DNA of 64,000 nt from Desulfosoma sp. GTDB lineage: Bacteria; Desulfobacterota; Syntrophobacteria; Syntrophobacterales; DSM-9756. The stretch covers positions 32,001 through 96,000 of the forward strand of contig JBBFKW010000014.1 in the NCBI GenBank assembly GCA_037481835.1, written 5' to 3'. Position 1 is the first letter of the stretch. Each line of letters starts with the position of its first letter. Positions 18,006-28,826 of the stretch are shown here, one piece after another. Under the pieces are notes generated by a model, which was not told the DNA's origin, did no database searches, and was given only the letters and a program-made list of their open reading frames with translations. Position numbers and translations under genes: made by a program.

Positions 18006-19577
18006 GTGATGGAGCCTTTGTCCTTTCCTCTGCTTTCCACCCTCGTTTTTCTTCCTTTGGTGGGCGTGCTGGTGCTCCTTTTCGTGGACAGGGAAAACCA
18101 TGCGGTCCAGCGGTGGACGGCCCTGACGGTGATGAGCGGCGGGTTCGTTCTGGCCTTGTTCGTCTACGCGGGGTTTGATCCCGGAACGGTGGCCTTCCAG
18201 TTCGAGGAAAAGCACACCTGGATCCCCGGCTTGGGCATTTCCTATCACGTGGGCATCGACGGCATCAGCCTGCTTCTGGTCATGCTCACGGCCTTTCTCG
18301 GCCCCATTTGCGTCCTGGCGTGCTGGACGGACATTCGGGTTCGGCTCAAGGAATTCCTGGTGTGCCTGCTCTTTTTGCAGACCGGCATGCTGGGGGTCTT
18401 CGTCAGCCTGGATCTCATCCTCTTCTACATCTTCTGGGAGGTCATGCTCATCCCCATGGCCCTGCTCATCCTCATGTGGGGCCATCCTGCACGGCGGATT
18501 TATGCGGCGGTGAAGTTTTTTCTCTACACCATGGCCGGGTCCGTCCTCATGCTCGTCGGCATCTTGGTCCTCTATTTCTATCAGGCCCGAACCACCGGGA
18601 CCGCCTCCTTTGACTGGACGACCATGGCTGGGCTCAGCTTGCCGTTTTCCTTGCAATTGTGGCTGTTTTTGGCCTTCGGCCTGGCCTTCGCCATCAAGGT
18701 GCCCATGTTTCCCTTCCACACGTGGCTTCCCGACGCCCATACGGAAGCGCCCACGGTGGGCAGCGTGGTCCTGGCGGCCGTCCTGTTGAAGATGGGCACC
18801 TACGGCTTCTTGCGCTTCAATCTGCCCCTGTTCCCCGACGCCTCGGTCTTTTTCATGCCCCTCATGGTCGCCTTGGCTCTGGTGGGGATCATCTACGGCG
18901 CTTTCATGTGCCTGGTCCAAAAGGACCTGAAGCGGCTCATCGCCTTTTCCAGTGTGAGCCACCTGGGTTTCGTGATCCTAGGCATTTTTAGCTTCACCGT
19001 ACAGGGGGTTCAGGGCGGCGTCCTCCAGATGATCAATCACGGGTTGAGCACCGGGGCGCTCTTCCTTCTCGTGGGGATGCTCTACGAAAGGCGCCACACG
19101 CGCATGATTGCGGACTTTGGCGGCTTGTCCACGCCGGTTCCCACGTTCACCACGTTTTTCATGATCGCCACGCTGGCCTCCATCGGTTTGCCGGGTTTGA
19201 ACGGCTTTGTTGGGGAATTTCTCATCCTGCTCGGGACCTTTCACGTCAAGCCCGTCTGGGCGGTTTTGGGCGCCACGGGAGTGATCCTGGCCGCATGGTA
19301 CATGCTGTGGATGGTCCAGCGCGTCTTCTATGGAACCGTGACCCACGCGGAAAACGCCACACTTCGGGATTTGGTTCCTCGAGAAATCGGACTTCTTGTC
19401 CCCGTGGTGGCCATGATGGTGTGGATCGGCGTGGCCCCCACGTCGTTTTTGCAGAAGTCCGAACCGGCGGTGCAGCACGTCCTGAAAAACGTGCAGGAAA
19501 GTGTGCGGACGGCGCAGGGGCGGAGCACCCCCTGGATGATGGCGTGCGCGGCATGGGAACATCTCAAGGGAAAGTGA
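18006..19577 (+). CDS. nuoM: NADH-quinone oxidoreductase subunit M
   Basis: FYIFWEVMLIPM, KVPMFPFHTWLPDAHTEAPT, LLKMGTYG, GLPGLNGFVGEF. Confidence 0.97.
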   Translation: MMEPLSFPLLSTLVFLPLVGVLVLLFVDRENHAVQRWTALTVMSGGFVLALFVYAGFDPGTVAFQFEEKHTWIPGLGISYHVGIDGISLLLVMLTAFLGPICVLACWTDIRVRLKEFLVCLLFLQTGMLGVFVSLDLILFYIFWEVMLIPMALLILMWGHPARRIYAAVKFFLYTMAGSVLMLVGILVLYFYQARTTGTASFDWTTMAGLSLPFSLQLWLFLAFGLAFAIKVPMFPFHTWLPDAHTEAPTVGSVVLAAVLLKMGTYGFLRFNLPLFPDASVFFMPLMVALALVGIIYGAFMCLVQKDLKRLIAFSSVSHLGFVILGIFSFTVQGVQGGVLQMINHGLSTGALFLLVGMLYERRHTRMIADFGGLSTPVPTFTTFFMIATLASIGLPGLNGFVGEFLILLGTFHVKPVWAVLGATGVILAAWYMLWMVQRVFYGTVTHAENATLRDLVPREIGLLVPVVAMMVWIGVAPTSFLQKSEPAVQHVLKNVQESVRTAQGRSTPWMMACAAWEHLKGK

Positions 19578-19587
19578 GGCATCGTGC

Positions 19588-21054
19588 ATGTCGGCTCTAA
19601 CGGTTCTTTATGAATGTCAAGGCATCGTGCCGGCCCTGATTCTGTCGGCGACCGGGGTCGTCATCCTCCTTCTGGACGCCTTTTCGCCCTTGGGGCGGAA
19701 AGGACGGTTGGGGGCGGTGGCCGTCACGGGGACCGTCTTCGCTCTGGGGTCTTTGGCCGTGGCCCCTTCCGGTGCAGAGTTCTTTCACGGCATGGTGGTC
19801 TGGGACCGGTTCAGCGTGTTTCTGAGCGCCGTCCTCATGGTGGGGGCTTTGCTGGTTTTCTTCCTGTCTTTCGATCCGCTGCGCCGCTCCGGATTGGAAT
19901 GCGGCGAATACTACGCCTTGGTTCTCTTCGCCACCACGGGGATGATCCTCATGGTGCAGGCGGCGCACTTCATCATGCTTTTCCTCGGCCTGGAAATCTT
20001 TTCCATCGCCATCTACATCCTGGTGGGCATGCCCCGCCATGAGAAGCGCGCCAACGAGGCGGCCTTGAAATACGTTCTGCTGGGCGGTTTCGCCTCGGGG
20101 TTTCTGCTCTACGGCCTCACTTTCATCTATGGGGCCACGGGGTCCCTTTCCATGAGTGTCATGGCGGCGCAGTTGGGCAAAGCCGACGCGGTTTTCAATT
20201 CCTACCTCCTCTTCGGCTCGGCCCTGGTTCTGGCGGGTTTTGCCTTTAAACTGGCCCTGGTGCCCTTTCATCTGTGGACCCCGGACGTGTACGAGGGCGC
20301 TCCTACGCCCATCACGGCCTACATGGCCGTCGGCGTCAAAGCGGCGGTGTTCGGCGCGTTGGTGCGAACCTTTTGGGTCGCGCTGCCCACGGTCCACCCC
20401 CACTGGGCCGTGTTTTTCTGGGCTTTGGCCGCGGTCACCATGACCGTGGGGAACCTCATGGCCCTGGCCCAAGAGAGCGTCAAACGCATGCTCGCCTTTT
20501 CCAGCATCGCCCACGCCGGGTATCTCTTCGTGGCCGTGGTGGCCGATTCCAAGGAAGGGCTGACGGCGCTGCTGGTCTACCTTCTGGCGTACACGGTGAT
20601 GAACGTCGGCGCCTTCGGGGTCATGGTGGCCGTGCAGAACCGGCAGGAAAGCGGGGAACGGCTGGAAGACTTTCGAGGGTTGAGCAGCCGGTCGCCGTTT
20701 TTGGCGGCCTTCATGGCCCTTTTCCTTTTTTCCCTTGCCGGCATCCCGCCCACGGCGGGCTTTGTGGGAAAATTCATGGTCTTTTCGGCGGCCGTCCAAT
20801 CCGGTTATACATGGCTCGTGATCATCGCCGTGATCAATTCGGTGATCGCCGCCTATTACTATCTCCGGGTCGTCATCATGGTGTATCGGCCCGGGGAAGA
20901 AGCCGCCGCGGAAGATCCCGCAAGCGAGGCCGCTCGACTGAGTGCCGGGGAACGCGGCGCGCTCTTCGGCGCGGGCGCCCTCACGGCCGTCGTGGGGCTC
21001 TGGCCCAATGCCTTTTGGGATCTGGCAAGGCAGGCCGTGCACGTGCTCTTTTGA
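19588..21054 (+). CDS. nuoN: NADH-quinone oxidoreductase subunit N
   Basis: EAALKY, FKLALVPFHLWTPDVYEGAP, KRMLAFSSIAHAGY, SLAGIPPTAGF.GK. Confidence 0.97.
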   Translation: MSALTVLYECQGIVPALILSATGVVILLLDAFSPLGRKGRLGAVAVTGTVFALGSLAVAPSGAEFFHGMVVWDRFSVFLSAVLMVGALLVFFLSFDPLRRSGLECGEYYALVLFATTGMILMVQAAHFIMLFLGLEIFSIAIYILVGMPRHEKRANEAALKYVLLGGFASGFLLYGLTFIYGATGSLSMSVMAAQLGKADAVFNSYLLFGSALVLAGFAFKLALVPFHLWTPDVYEGAPTPITAYMAVGVKAAVFGALVRTFWVALPTVHPHWAVFFWALAAVTMTVGNLMALAQESVKRMLAFSSIAHAGYLFVAVVADSKEGLTALLVYLLAYTVMNVGAFGVMVAVQNRQESGERLEDFRGLSSRSPFLAAFMALFLFSLAGIPPTAGFVGKFMVFSAAVQSGYTWLVIIAVINSVIAAYYYLRVVIMVYRPGEEAAAEDPASEAARLSAGERGALFGAGALTAVVGLWPNAFWDLARQAVHVLF

Positions 21055-21091
21055 AAATTCCATCCGAAGCCCGGCAGGGAAAGGAAACGCC

Positions 21092-21928
21092 ATGGAAAAG
21101 AAAACGAGTCCTCAGGTCCAAAAGGCGCTCAGCTTGGTCCTTCAAGGCCTTCTGGAAAGCCTTTCCGAGCCCCAGGTGGCCGATATGGTGGTGGATCGGT
21201 TGGCAAAGAAGGTGCAGCAGGACGGGTGCTGCCCGCTCAACATCAAGGACGTCTCCGACCTGGAAGCCTGCCCCTTTACCGCCCTGTCCTTGGAATGCTT
21301 TCATCGGCAGGCCTTTGTGGCGGGCGAAATTGACGAAGATTCCGTGGCCATGCTGCGGCTTTTCAAGAACCCCTACCTTCAAGGGTTTATGAACATCAGC
21401 CGCACGGTCACATCTACCTTGGAATACCGCAAGGTTCTCCAGATCATCGTGGAGGAGGTGACCAAGATCTTCCACGCCAAAGGCTGCACGTTGCTCCTGT
21501 TGGACAAGGAAAAATCCAGGCTGGATCAGGCCGCCGCCTACGGACTCAGTGAAAAATACCTGGAAAAGGGGCCGGTGGACGCCGCGCGCAGTATCGCCGA
21601 AACCACGTCGGGAACCCCTGTGCAGATCTACGATGTGCAAAACGACCCCAGGGTGCAATATCCCGCCGAAGCGGCCATGGAAGGGATCGGTTCCATCCTG
21701 GCCGTGCCCATCGTGATCCGCGATCGGGTCATCGGCAGCATGAGGATCTTTACGGAAAACAAGCGCCATTTTCACAAATACGAAGTGGAATACGCCATGG
21801 CGGTGGCTGAACAATGCGGCATCGCCATTGAAAACGCCCTCATGTACAGCAAGGGAAAGGAAAAGTACCGCTCTCTCCTCTCCGAAGTGCACAACTGGAT
21901 CGAATACTGCGCCTATCGTCCGGAATAA
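21092..21928 (+). CDS. GAF-domain protein with Cys-containing N-terminal region and no output domain
   Basis: AAYGLSEKYLEKGPV..DVQNDPRVQYPAEA..EGIGSILAVPI...GIAIENA GAF pattern; AAGGA RBS before ATG 21092. Confidence 0.8.
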   Translation: MEKKTSPQVQKALSLVLQGLLESLSEPQVADMVVDRLAKKVQQDGCCPLNIKDVSDLEACPFTALSLECFHRQAFVAGEIDEDSVAMLRLFKNPYLQGFMNISRTVTSTLEYRKVLQIIVEEVTKIFHAKGCTLLLLDKEKSRLDQAAAYGLSEKYLEKGPVDAARSIAETTSGTPVQIYDVQNDPRVQYPAEAAMEGIGSILAVPIVIRDRVIGSMRIFTENKRHFHKYEVEYAMAVAEQCGIAIENALMYSKGKEKYRSLLSEVHNWIEYCAYRPE

Positions 21929-21943
21929 GGGACGAAGGACGAT

Positions 21944-23167
21944 TCACTGCACGCGAAAGACGCGCTCGGTCCATTCCACGGCTTGGAGATACCGCGCCGT
22001 AAGTGTGGAAGGCTCAAGGCCCAACTCCGCGCTCACGCGGGACAGGACGTCCCATTTGGCCTGCTCGTACCCTAGGGCGATCTCAAAGAGCACGCGGTAT
22101 CGGTTCACGGCGCCAAGGAGCGCCGCCTTGACGTCATCGCCCAGCGGCACTTCCTGGGCGGCCTCTTCCATGGGCCGCCCCAGAAGCGTATCCATCACGG
22201 AGAAGATGCCCATAAGGAAAAGCTGGTCCTTCTCCGCCCCCATGCCCACACAGTCCGCGAGCAGTTCGAGGAACTGGGCCCGCACCAAAGACAGCTTGAC
22301 CAGTTCGTAAGGTTGCTTGGCGCTCAGGCGCGAATAGACGGTGAGGGTGGCCCATTTTCGGATTTCCCGCTCGCCGAGCAGCACCAGGGCGTGCCGGATG
22401 GAATGCACCTTGTGGCGCAGCCCGAAAAAAGCGGAATTGATATAGCGCAGCAGTTTGTACACGAGGGCCGGATCGCGTTTGATCACAGCGTGGACGGCCT
22501 CCACGTCCAAGTCGGGTCGGTTGAGTTCGCCGATGAGTTTGAGGGCGTTGATTTTGAAGACCGGCACGTCTTTTCGGTTGACGATGACGGGCCGGCTGAA
22601 AAAATAGCCCTGAAACAGGGTGTAGCCGGCTTCCAGGGCTTTCTGGAATTCCTCGCGGGTTTCGGTCTTTTCGGCGAGAAGATGCGGCACGCGCGAGGAG
22701 AAACGCCGAACGATGCGCGCCTGTTCCTCGGGGGTTGTTCCCCGAAAGTCCACCTTGAGGATGTCGACCAGGGCGAGGAGGTCGCCGCAGGACCCCGTGC
22801 TCAGGGTAAAATCGTCCAGGGCCAGGAAGTACCCGTTTTCCTTGAGGCGCTTGCAGGCGGTGTATATTTCCTGGGTGGGTTCCACATCTTCAAGGATTTC
22901 GATAACGGCCCATTCCTTGGGCAGGAAATAGGGGGCATCGGAGAGGAGCAGGTTCTGGGTGAAGTTGACGAAAGCCTTGCGGCCGCCGGCGAAGAGGTCC
23001 GTTCCCATGGTAAAGAAAAGGTTTTGAATGACCGACAAGGACGCCCGGTCCCCGTCCTGAAAAACGGACTGTTGGTCCTGAGAGGCGGCTCGGTAGAGGA
23101 TTTCGTAGCCGTAGACCTGAAGGCGGCGATCGAAAATGGGCTGCCGGGCGATGAAACTTTCCGGCAT
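21944..23167 (-). CDS. EAL-HDOD domain protein (YuxH/PdeH/CdgJ-like)
   Basis: FIARQPIFD...YEILYR, ALDDF, AEKTE, FQGYFFSRP, then HDOD DPALVYKLLRYINS. Confidence 0.9.
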   Translation of the reverse strand: MPESFIARQPIFDRRLQVYGYEILYRAASQDQQSVFQDGDRASLSVIQNLFFTMGTDLFAGGRKAFVNFTQNLLLSDAPYFLPKEWAVIEILEDVEPTQEIYTACKRLKENGYFLALDDFTLSTGSCGDLLALVDILKVDFRGTTPEEQARIVRRFSSRVPHLLAEKTETREEFQKALEAGYTLFQGYFFSRPVIVNRKDVPVFKINALKLIGELNRPDLDVEAVHAVIKRDPALVYKLLRYINSAFFGLRHKVHSIRHALVLLGEREIRKWATLTVYSRLSAKQPYELVKLSLVRAQFLELLADCVGMGAEKDQLFLMGIFSVMDTLLGRPMEEAAQEVPLGDDVKAALLGAVNRYRVLFEIALGYEQAKWDVLSRVSAELGLEPSTLTARYLQAVEWTERVFRVQ

Positions 23168-23330
23168 GGGGCCGCGCGGGACGAACATGTCCATGGGCTT
23201 GATGTCTTTCCGGCACGGAGAATCCACAAGATGAGGAAAAGTTTTCCCGTCGTGCATGCGCGTCCTCTAAGGCGTCGATCCGGGCCGTTCTTCCCTCGTG
23301 TCCCCGTTCCCTCATCGAGGGGATGATGCC

Positions 23331-24200
23331 GTGTGGGTCGTCCTTTCCATCCTAACGGCTTTGGCCGCGGCGTCCACCGATGCGTGGACCAAGAAATTTT
23401 TCGGCGACGGGGACGCCGTGACCATGGCCTTTTATCCCTTGGCCTACAGCCTGCCCTTGTTCGCTCTAAGCCTTCCGTTCGTCCCCGTACCGCCCTTGGA
23501 TGCCGTCTTCTGGTGGTGCTTCGCCCTTTCCATTCCCATCAACTGCATCAGTTTTGTGCTCTACATGGAAGCCATACGCCTTTCGCCCCTATCCCTCACG
23601 GTGCCCTTCCTGACCCTCACCCCGGCCTTCCTGGTCATCACCGGCTATACGGTCCTCGGCGAAAGGGCAACGCCCGCCGCCGTTTTGGGGATTGCGGTCA
23701 TTGTCTTCGGCGGCTACCTGCTCAACGCCCCGGCCGCCCGAAACGGGCTCCTCCAACCCCTTCGGGCTGTCGCCACGGAAAGGGGTTCCGCGATGATGAT
23801 CGCCGTGGCGCTGATCTACAGCTTTTCCGCCGTGCTCGGCAAAAAAGCCATCCTTCACTCCTCTCCTTTGTTTTTCGGAATGTTGTTTTTTCTTCTTCAA
23901 AACTTTTTCCTGGTCGTCTGGGCATGGGCTACGGGCGCCGTTGGGCGAGGTAGGCTTTTTCGGCCTTCGGCGGTCTTCAAAGGCATTCTCGTGGGAGCGT
24001 TTTATTACCTGCACGTGGTGCTCCATGTATGGGCCATTTCCATGACGCAGGCGGCCTACATGATCGCCCTGAAAAGGCTGAGCGCCGTCTTCGGCGTGCT
24101 CTACGGCGGATGGCTTTTCAGGGAAAAGCATTTGGGATGGCGCCTCACGGGTGCCACGGTGATGGTCGCAGGAGCCGCAATCATCGCGTGGGGCGGCTAG
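23331..24200 (+). CDS. EamA/DMT-family transporter
   Basis: About 10 hydrophobic segments; SPLSLTVPFLTLTP..LGE and KRLS.VFGV...FRE repeats. Confidence 0.85.
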   Translation: MWVVLSILTALAAASTDAWTKKFFGDGDAVTMAFYPLAYSLPLFALSLPFVPVPPLDAVFWWCFALSIPINCISFVLYMEAIRLSPLSLTVPFLTLTPAFLVITGYTVLGERATPAAVLGIAVIVFGGYLLNAPAARNGLLQPLRAVATERGSAMMIAVALIYSFSAVLGKKAILHSSPLFFGMLFFLLQNFFLVVWAWATGAVGRGRLFRPSAVFKGILVGAFYYLHVVLHVWAISMTQAAYMIALKRLSAVFGVLYGGWLFREKHLGWRLTGATVMVAGAAIIAWGG

Positions 24201-24240
24201 AGGGTCGGGACGACTTGGGCAAACGGGAGGGATTGACGCC

Positions 24241-24582
24241 ATGAAAACAGGGCTCAAAAGGGTCATGATCGGTGTCTGGGTGTGCGCCGCCGTCTGTGCC
24301 GTGTCTTTTTCAGGGGTTTCCGCCGCGGAAAACAATTTTTACCGGGCGGGCTACGTCACGGGTTTTCAGGACGCCCCATCCTGGAAGGCGAAAGATCCGT
24401 CGATGACGGCCGGCCGATACGCCGACGTCAAACGCGACATGCTGGCGGCTCAAGGGCCGGTGCCCAGAAATTTCTGGCGGGGTTTGCGGGACGGCTTTCG
24501 CGATGCGGTGAGGGAATACACCCCCAAGTTCACTCGGGACAAGGTGCGTGTGGACGAGTTGCCCGAACATCTCCGTCCCTGA
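24241..24582 (+). CDS. Hypothetical exported protein
   Basis: GGAGG RBS and signal-peptide-like N-terminus MKTGLKR...VSA; YRAGY..GF and GLRDGFRD motifs. Confidence 0.7.
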   Translation: MKTGLKRVMIGVWVCAAVCAVSFSGVSAAENNFYRAGYVTGFQDAPSWKAKDPSMTAGRYADVKRDMLAAQGPVPRNFWRGLRDGFRDAVREYTPKFTRDKVRVDELPEHLRP

Positions 24583-24609
24583 AGTGTCGCCGAAAGATAA
24601 ATTTTTTTG

Positions 24610-24637
24610 TCAACTTTTTATCTCCCTCTTCCGATAA
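24610..24637 (+). promoter_or_regulatory. Putative sigma28 (FliA) promoter of the chemoreceptor gene
   Basis: TCAA-N16-TCCGATAA upstream of an MCP; resembles TAAA-N15/16-GCCGATAA. Confidence 0.5.
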
Positions 24638-24692
24638 CCAAACAGGGTAGGGAAAGGCTTTGATACGGTCTGCTTCAGGGGGAGGGAACACA

Positions 24693-26318
24693 ATGGGGAG
24701 AGCCGGGCTTAAGAGAGGGAAGTTGTCCACAAAACTCGTTCTTTTCGGGGTCGGGGGAGTGCTCGCTTTCACGGGGGTGCTCGCCTGGATTGCTTTTTCG
24801 CTGGAGTCGCGCCTCATGGATGAAAAGAGGACCGCGACCAAACACGTCGTGGATGTGGGCTATTCGCTCTTGGAAAAATACGCCAAGGAGGTCCAGGAAG
24901 GCCGCGTGACCGAAGAAGCCGCCAAGAAGGAAGCCTTGGATCACATCCGGGCTCTTCGGTATCGGGAAAACGACTATTTTTGGATCAACGACCTCAAGCC
25001 GGTCATGGTCATGCACCCGTTCAAACCTGAACTGGACGGGAAGGATTTGACCGATTTCAAGGATCCCAAGGGCAAGCAGCTCTTTGTGGAGTTTGTCAAA
25101 GTCTGCCGGGACAAAGGAGCCGGCTTTGTGGATTACCTGTGGCCCAAGCCCGGTTTCGACAAACCCGTGCCCAAGGTGTCCTATGTGAAACTTTTCCAGC
25201 CGTGGGGATGGATTATCGGCAGCGGCATTTACGTGGATGATGTCAGGGCTCAGGCGAACCGCATCAGGCTTCTTTTCGGGGCCATTGCAGGCGGGATGCT
25301 GATTCTGGGACTTATGGTCACATGGTGGATCCTGAGATCCGTGACCCGGCCCGTCTACAACGTGGTCCATGGGCTCCACAAGGGTTCGGAGGAGGTGGCG
25401 GCCGCGGCGGATCAGGTGGCGCAAGCGGGCCAGAGACTTGCCGACGGCTCGTCCCAGCAGGCGGCGTCCATCGAAGAGACGTCTTCGGCTCTGGAAGAAC
25501 TGGCGTCCATGACCCGTCAGAATGCGGACAACGCCGGGCAGGCCAACGCCATTGTCAAGGAATCGGCTCGCGACATCGAAGAGGCGACGGCGGCCATGAA
25601 CGACCTCACCAAGGCCATCCAGGCCATTTCCGCCGCCAGCGAAGAAACGCAGAAGATCATCCGAACCATTGATGAAATCGCCTTTCAGACCAACCTCCTG
25701 GCGCTGAACGCGGCCGTTGAGGCGGCTCGGGCGGGCGAAGCGGGGGCCGGGTTCGCCGTGGTGGCCGACGAAGTGCGCAACTTGGCCATGAGGGCCGCCG
25801 GTGCGGCGAAGAGCACGGCGGAAATCATTGAGGATACGGTGAAGAAGGTTCGCGAATGTTCCACCATGGTCACGCGGGCCAACGGAGCTTTCGGAAAGGT
25901 GGAAGGGGGCAGCCGGCGTGTCGGCGAGTTGGTGGCGGAAATCGCCGCGGCAAGCAGCGAACAGGCGGAAGGGATCGACCAAATCAACAAGGCTGTTTCC
26001 CAGCTGGATCAGGTGGTGCAGCAAAACGCCGCCAGCGCGGAAGAAACCGCTTCGGCTTCAAGCGAACTGCAGCACCAGGCGGAACGCATGAAGCGCTACG
26101 TGGCCGAACTGCAAAGCATCGTGGGCGTGTCGGCACAGGACGCGGCGGGCGAGGACGAGCGCTCCCATCCGAAAAAATCCCGGAAAGGAAACGGCAAGGC
26201 GGTGTGGGAGGCCCGGCACGGGGCCCATTCCCCGGAGAGCGAGGTTCCGGTTGCGGTGCGGAGAAAGGATCCCGGGGCACGGCGGAAGGACGGCCCGGAA
26301 GCGTTTTCGAATTTTTGA
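24693..26318 (+). CDS. Methyl-accepting chemotaxis protein with Cache sensor domain
   Basis: TM, Cache ([39 protein letters not shown]), TM, then [26 protein letters not shown]. Confidence 0.95.
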   Translation: MGRAGLKRGKLSTKLVLFGVGGVLAFTGVLAWIAFSLESRLMDEKRTATKHVVDVGYSLLEKYAKEVQEGRVTEEAAKKEALDHIRALRYRENDYFWINDLKPVMVMHPFKPELDGKDLTDFKDPKGKQLFVEFVKVCRDKGAGFVDYLWPKPGFDKPVPKVSYVKLFQPWGWIIGSGIYVDDVRAQANRIRLLFGAIAGGMLILGLMVTWWILRSVTRPVYNVVHGLHKGSEEVAAAADQVAQAGQRLADGSSQQAASIEETSSALEELASMTRQNADNAGQANAIVKESARDIEEATAAMNDLTKAIQAISAASEETQKIIRTIDEIAFQTNLLALNAAVEAARAGEAGAGFAVVADEVRNLAMRAAGAAKSTAEIIEDTVKKVRECSTMVTRANGAFGKVEGGSRRVGELVAEIAAASSEQAEGIDQINKAVSQLDQVVQQNAASAEETASASSELQHQAERMKRYVAELQSIVGVSAQDAAGEDERSHPKKSRKGNGKAVWEARHGAHSPESEVPVAVRRKDPGARRKDGPEAFSNF

Positions 26319-26340
26319 GCTTCGGCGCGCTGTGACAATA

Positions 26341-26460
26341 GGAGCCTGTCCGAGAATGGCATATTCCTGGGAGCGCGGGCGTCTCGCCCGCTTCTCGTGC
26401 GGGCCGGAGGCCCGCGCTCCCAGGAGAAGAGGCCTTCGGGTTCGTTCTCAGACAACCTCA
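26341..26460. mobile_element. 120-bp MITE-like element with an internal REP doublet (copy 1)
   Basis: Imperfect 16-bp TIRs GGAGCCTGTCCGAGAA / TTCTCAGACAACCTCA, TA on both flanks; internal inverted pair TCCTGGGAGCGCGGGC...GCCCGCGCTCCCAGGA; inverted copy at 53286-53405. Confidence 0.7.
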
Positions 26461-26725
26461 TAGTCAACACGCAGGGCCGGGCGGCAGGCGGAGGTGCCGT
26501 CCGGCCCTGAACGTTATGGGGCCGTGACCGAAGTGCCTTCAAGCCGATGCGAAAAACCGGCGACATCCAAGCCGCCACATCCTTTGGGGAATCCCCGGAA
26601 GGGGATCTATCGGGGGGTTGGAGGGGGCAGGGGTCCGGGTGAAGGCAAAGAGCCCATGGGCACTGGTGATCCCCTATGCCGTAGTGCTATAAAAAAGGGC
26701 AAAAACGGCAGCAAGGGGACTTTCC

Positions 26726-27439
26726 ATGAACGGTTCTCCAAACGGGCGGTCTTCCGGCGACAAAGTGGAATGCCTTCGTCACGGGCTCCTCTTTGAAAAC
26801 CTGAGCGCCGAGCAGTTAAAAAAGCTTTCGGCCATCGCCGTCGAGCGTTCCTATCGCAAAGGGGACGTCCTTTTCGCCGAAGGCAAGAAGGCTGACGGCT
26901 TTTTTGTCGTCTGCAGCGGCCGCGTCAAGGTGTTCAAGGTTTCGTTCGACGGTCGCGAACAGATCCTCCACCTTTTCGATGCCGGCAACATCCTGGGCGA
27001 AGTCCCCGTGTTTGCCGGCGGGGCCTATCCCGCCCACGCCGAGGCGCTTACCGACGCGCGGGCCCTGTTCATCCCGAGGGAAGGCTTCATCCGCCTCATC
27101 CAGGAGGAAAGCGGTTTGGCCCTGGCCATGCTCGCCGTGCTTTCCCGAAAGCTCCGCCATTTCACCCATCTGGTGGAAAGCCTTTCCCTGAAGGAGGTTC
27201 CCGGTCGGCTTGCCTCTTATCTGCTGGTCATGTGCGAACGGGGCGGATCGGAAGACGCCGTGGACCTGGAGATTTCCAAAACCCAGTTGGCGGCCCTGCT
27301 CGGCACCATCCCCGAAACCCTCTCCCGCATCTTTTCCAAAATGACCGCCGCGGGCCTCATCGCCATGCAGGGGCGGACCATCCTCATCAAAAATCGAGAA
27401 GGCCTTAGAGCGCTGGCCCAGGGAGAAAAGCTCGCCTGA
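26726..27439 (+). CDS. Crp/Fnr-family regulator (HcpR/Dnr-like)
   Basis: cNMP-binding fold (SGRVKVFK...GREQILH..GE) and HTH LAALLGTIPETLSR; no FNR Cys cluster. Confidence 0.92.
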   Translation: MNGSPNGRSSGDKVECLRHGLLFENLSAEQLKKLSAIAVERSYRKGDVLFAEGKKADGFFVVCSGRVKVFKVSFDGREQILHLFDAGNILGEVPVFAGGAYPAHAEALTDARALFIPREGFIRLIQEESGLALAMLAVLSRKLRHFTHLVESLSLKEVPGRLASYLLVMCERGGSEDAVDLEISKTQLAALLGTIPETLSRIFSKMTAAGLIAMQGRTILIKNREGLRALAQGEKLA

Positions 27440-27572
27440 AGGATCCCCCGGGGACTCCGTCGTGACTCCCCTGCGGATCGAACCGCCCTGGGCGCGAAAA
27501 CGGCCGTTTGGCTCGGGACATCCCCCCGCGTTTTTCAGCCAAAGGATCTCCCGGCGCAGTCCACGAGGGCCT

Positions 27573-28577
27573 TCAGGAGCCTTGTCGAGCGTTGGAAGGC
27601 GATCGGCTTTTTACTGGGGCTGTCTTGGCCGCCACGCGCACCTGCGGATGGCCGAGGCAGTAGCCCACGAGCCCGCCGACGATGAGCGCCAATCCCCACC
27701 AGCCCCACATTTTGGGCCATGCGCCGTGGAGAAAGACAATCTCCCCGAGAAGGGAAAAGACGACTTCCCCCGCTTGGGTGGCATCCACGGCGGCGACGGC
27801 CACAGGGGCATGGGAGGCGTTTCGGGCTTTGTAGAAAAGGGAAGTGGCCACCACCCCCGAAGACAAGGCGACCAAACCGGTTTGAAACCATTGGGACGCC
27901 GGCGGAGGGTCCGGTCGGACCGTGGCCCACAGGATGATCCAAAAGGGGATGGAGCCCAGGGTCATGAGCAGAACACAGGTGGGGGCGTCCTGCAGATGCC
28001 GGCTCGAGACACCGGGGATTCGCCCGGAACCGCCGTGACGGGCCGTATGGAGCATCTGGTTTCCCGTGGGATAGGCAAAGGCGGCGAGAAGAACGAAAAG
28101 AGCGCCGAGGAGCGCGTCTCTCACATCGGGGGTGTGGGCGGCCTGTTCCGCATGGACGAGAAGAATCCCCACGAAAATGACGGCCGTAAACAGCACGCCG
28201 AAGTAAGGGACACGGCGGTTGAAAGCCCACAAAACGATGGGAGTGGCCAGGATGGTGATTTGCCACGTGGCTGCGACGATCCAGCCGGGAGCGTGGTCGG
28301 CGGCGAAACACAGGGCGGCGTAAAACACCCCGAAGCCCACGGATCCGGCCGTGATCCAGAAGAATGCGTTTGAACGAAAGACGGCGAAGACTTCGGCGAG
28401 ATATTTCCATCCATGGCGGATAAGGATCCAAAGGACGAGGATCCACAGCATGTGGACGTAGCGCAAGAAAGCCGACCACATCCAATGGCCGCCGGAAAGA
28501 CTCATGGCTCGATTCAGGATGAATGTGGCGCTGAAAAAGGCCGATGCGGCCAGCCCCAACAAAACCAGACGAACCAT
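27573..28577 (-). CDS. DMT-superfamily multidrug-efflux-family membrane protein (YjlA-like)
   Basis: FFSATFILNRAMSLSGGHWMWSAFLRY; YPTGN; VDATQAGEVVF; GAAGGAGG RBS. Confidence 0.85.
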   Translation of the reverse strand: MVRLVLLGLAASAFFSATFILNRAMSLSGGHWMWSAFLRYVHMLWILVLWILIRHGWKYLAEVFAVFRSNAFFWITAGSVGFGVFYAALCFAADHAPGWIVAATWQITILATPIVLWAFNRRVPYFGVLFTAVIFVGILLVHAEQAAHTPDVRDALLGALFVLLAAFAYPTGNQMLHTARHGGSGRIPGVSSRHLQDAPTCVLLMTLGSIPFWIILWATVRPDPPPASQWFQTGLVALSSGVVATSLFYKARNASHAPVAVAAVDATQAGEVVFSLLGEIVFLHGAWPKMWGWWGLALIVGGLVGYCLGHPQVRVAAKTAPVKSRSPSNARQGS

Positions 28578-28826
28578 CGCACGCCCTCCTTCAGGGGAAA
28601 CATTCATGGGACGGATTCATATCAGGCCGTTGACGGCACAGAATATTTGGCATGGAAGGTCTGCTGTGGTAAAGGGAAATGGCTCCGCAAGATGCTCAGG
28701 CTCCCTCCCCGTTTCCTTTTCCCATCCTTTTCGCCCGTTCCCGCGGATGCGCATGCCGTGCCGGATCTCTTGGGGGCTTTAGGTGCCGTGTGTGGGTAAA
28801 GCGCGACTCGAACAAAGGAGGATCGG

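Noticed and set aside
26726..27439. O2-sensing FNR or CO-sensing CooA
   Set aside because: No FNR Cys cluster and not linked to cooS; only a generic Crp/Fnr call is supported.
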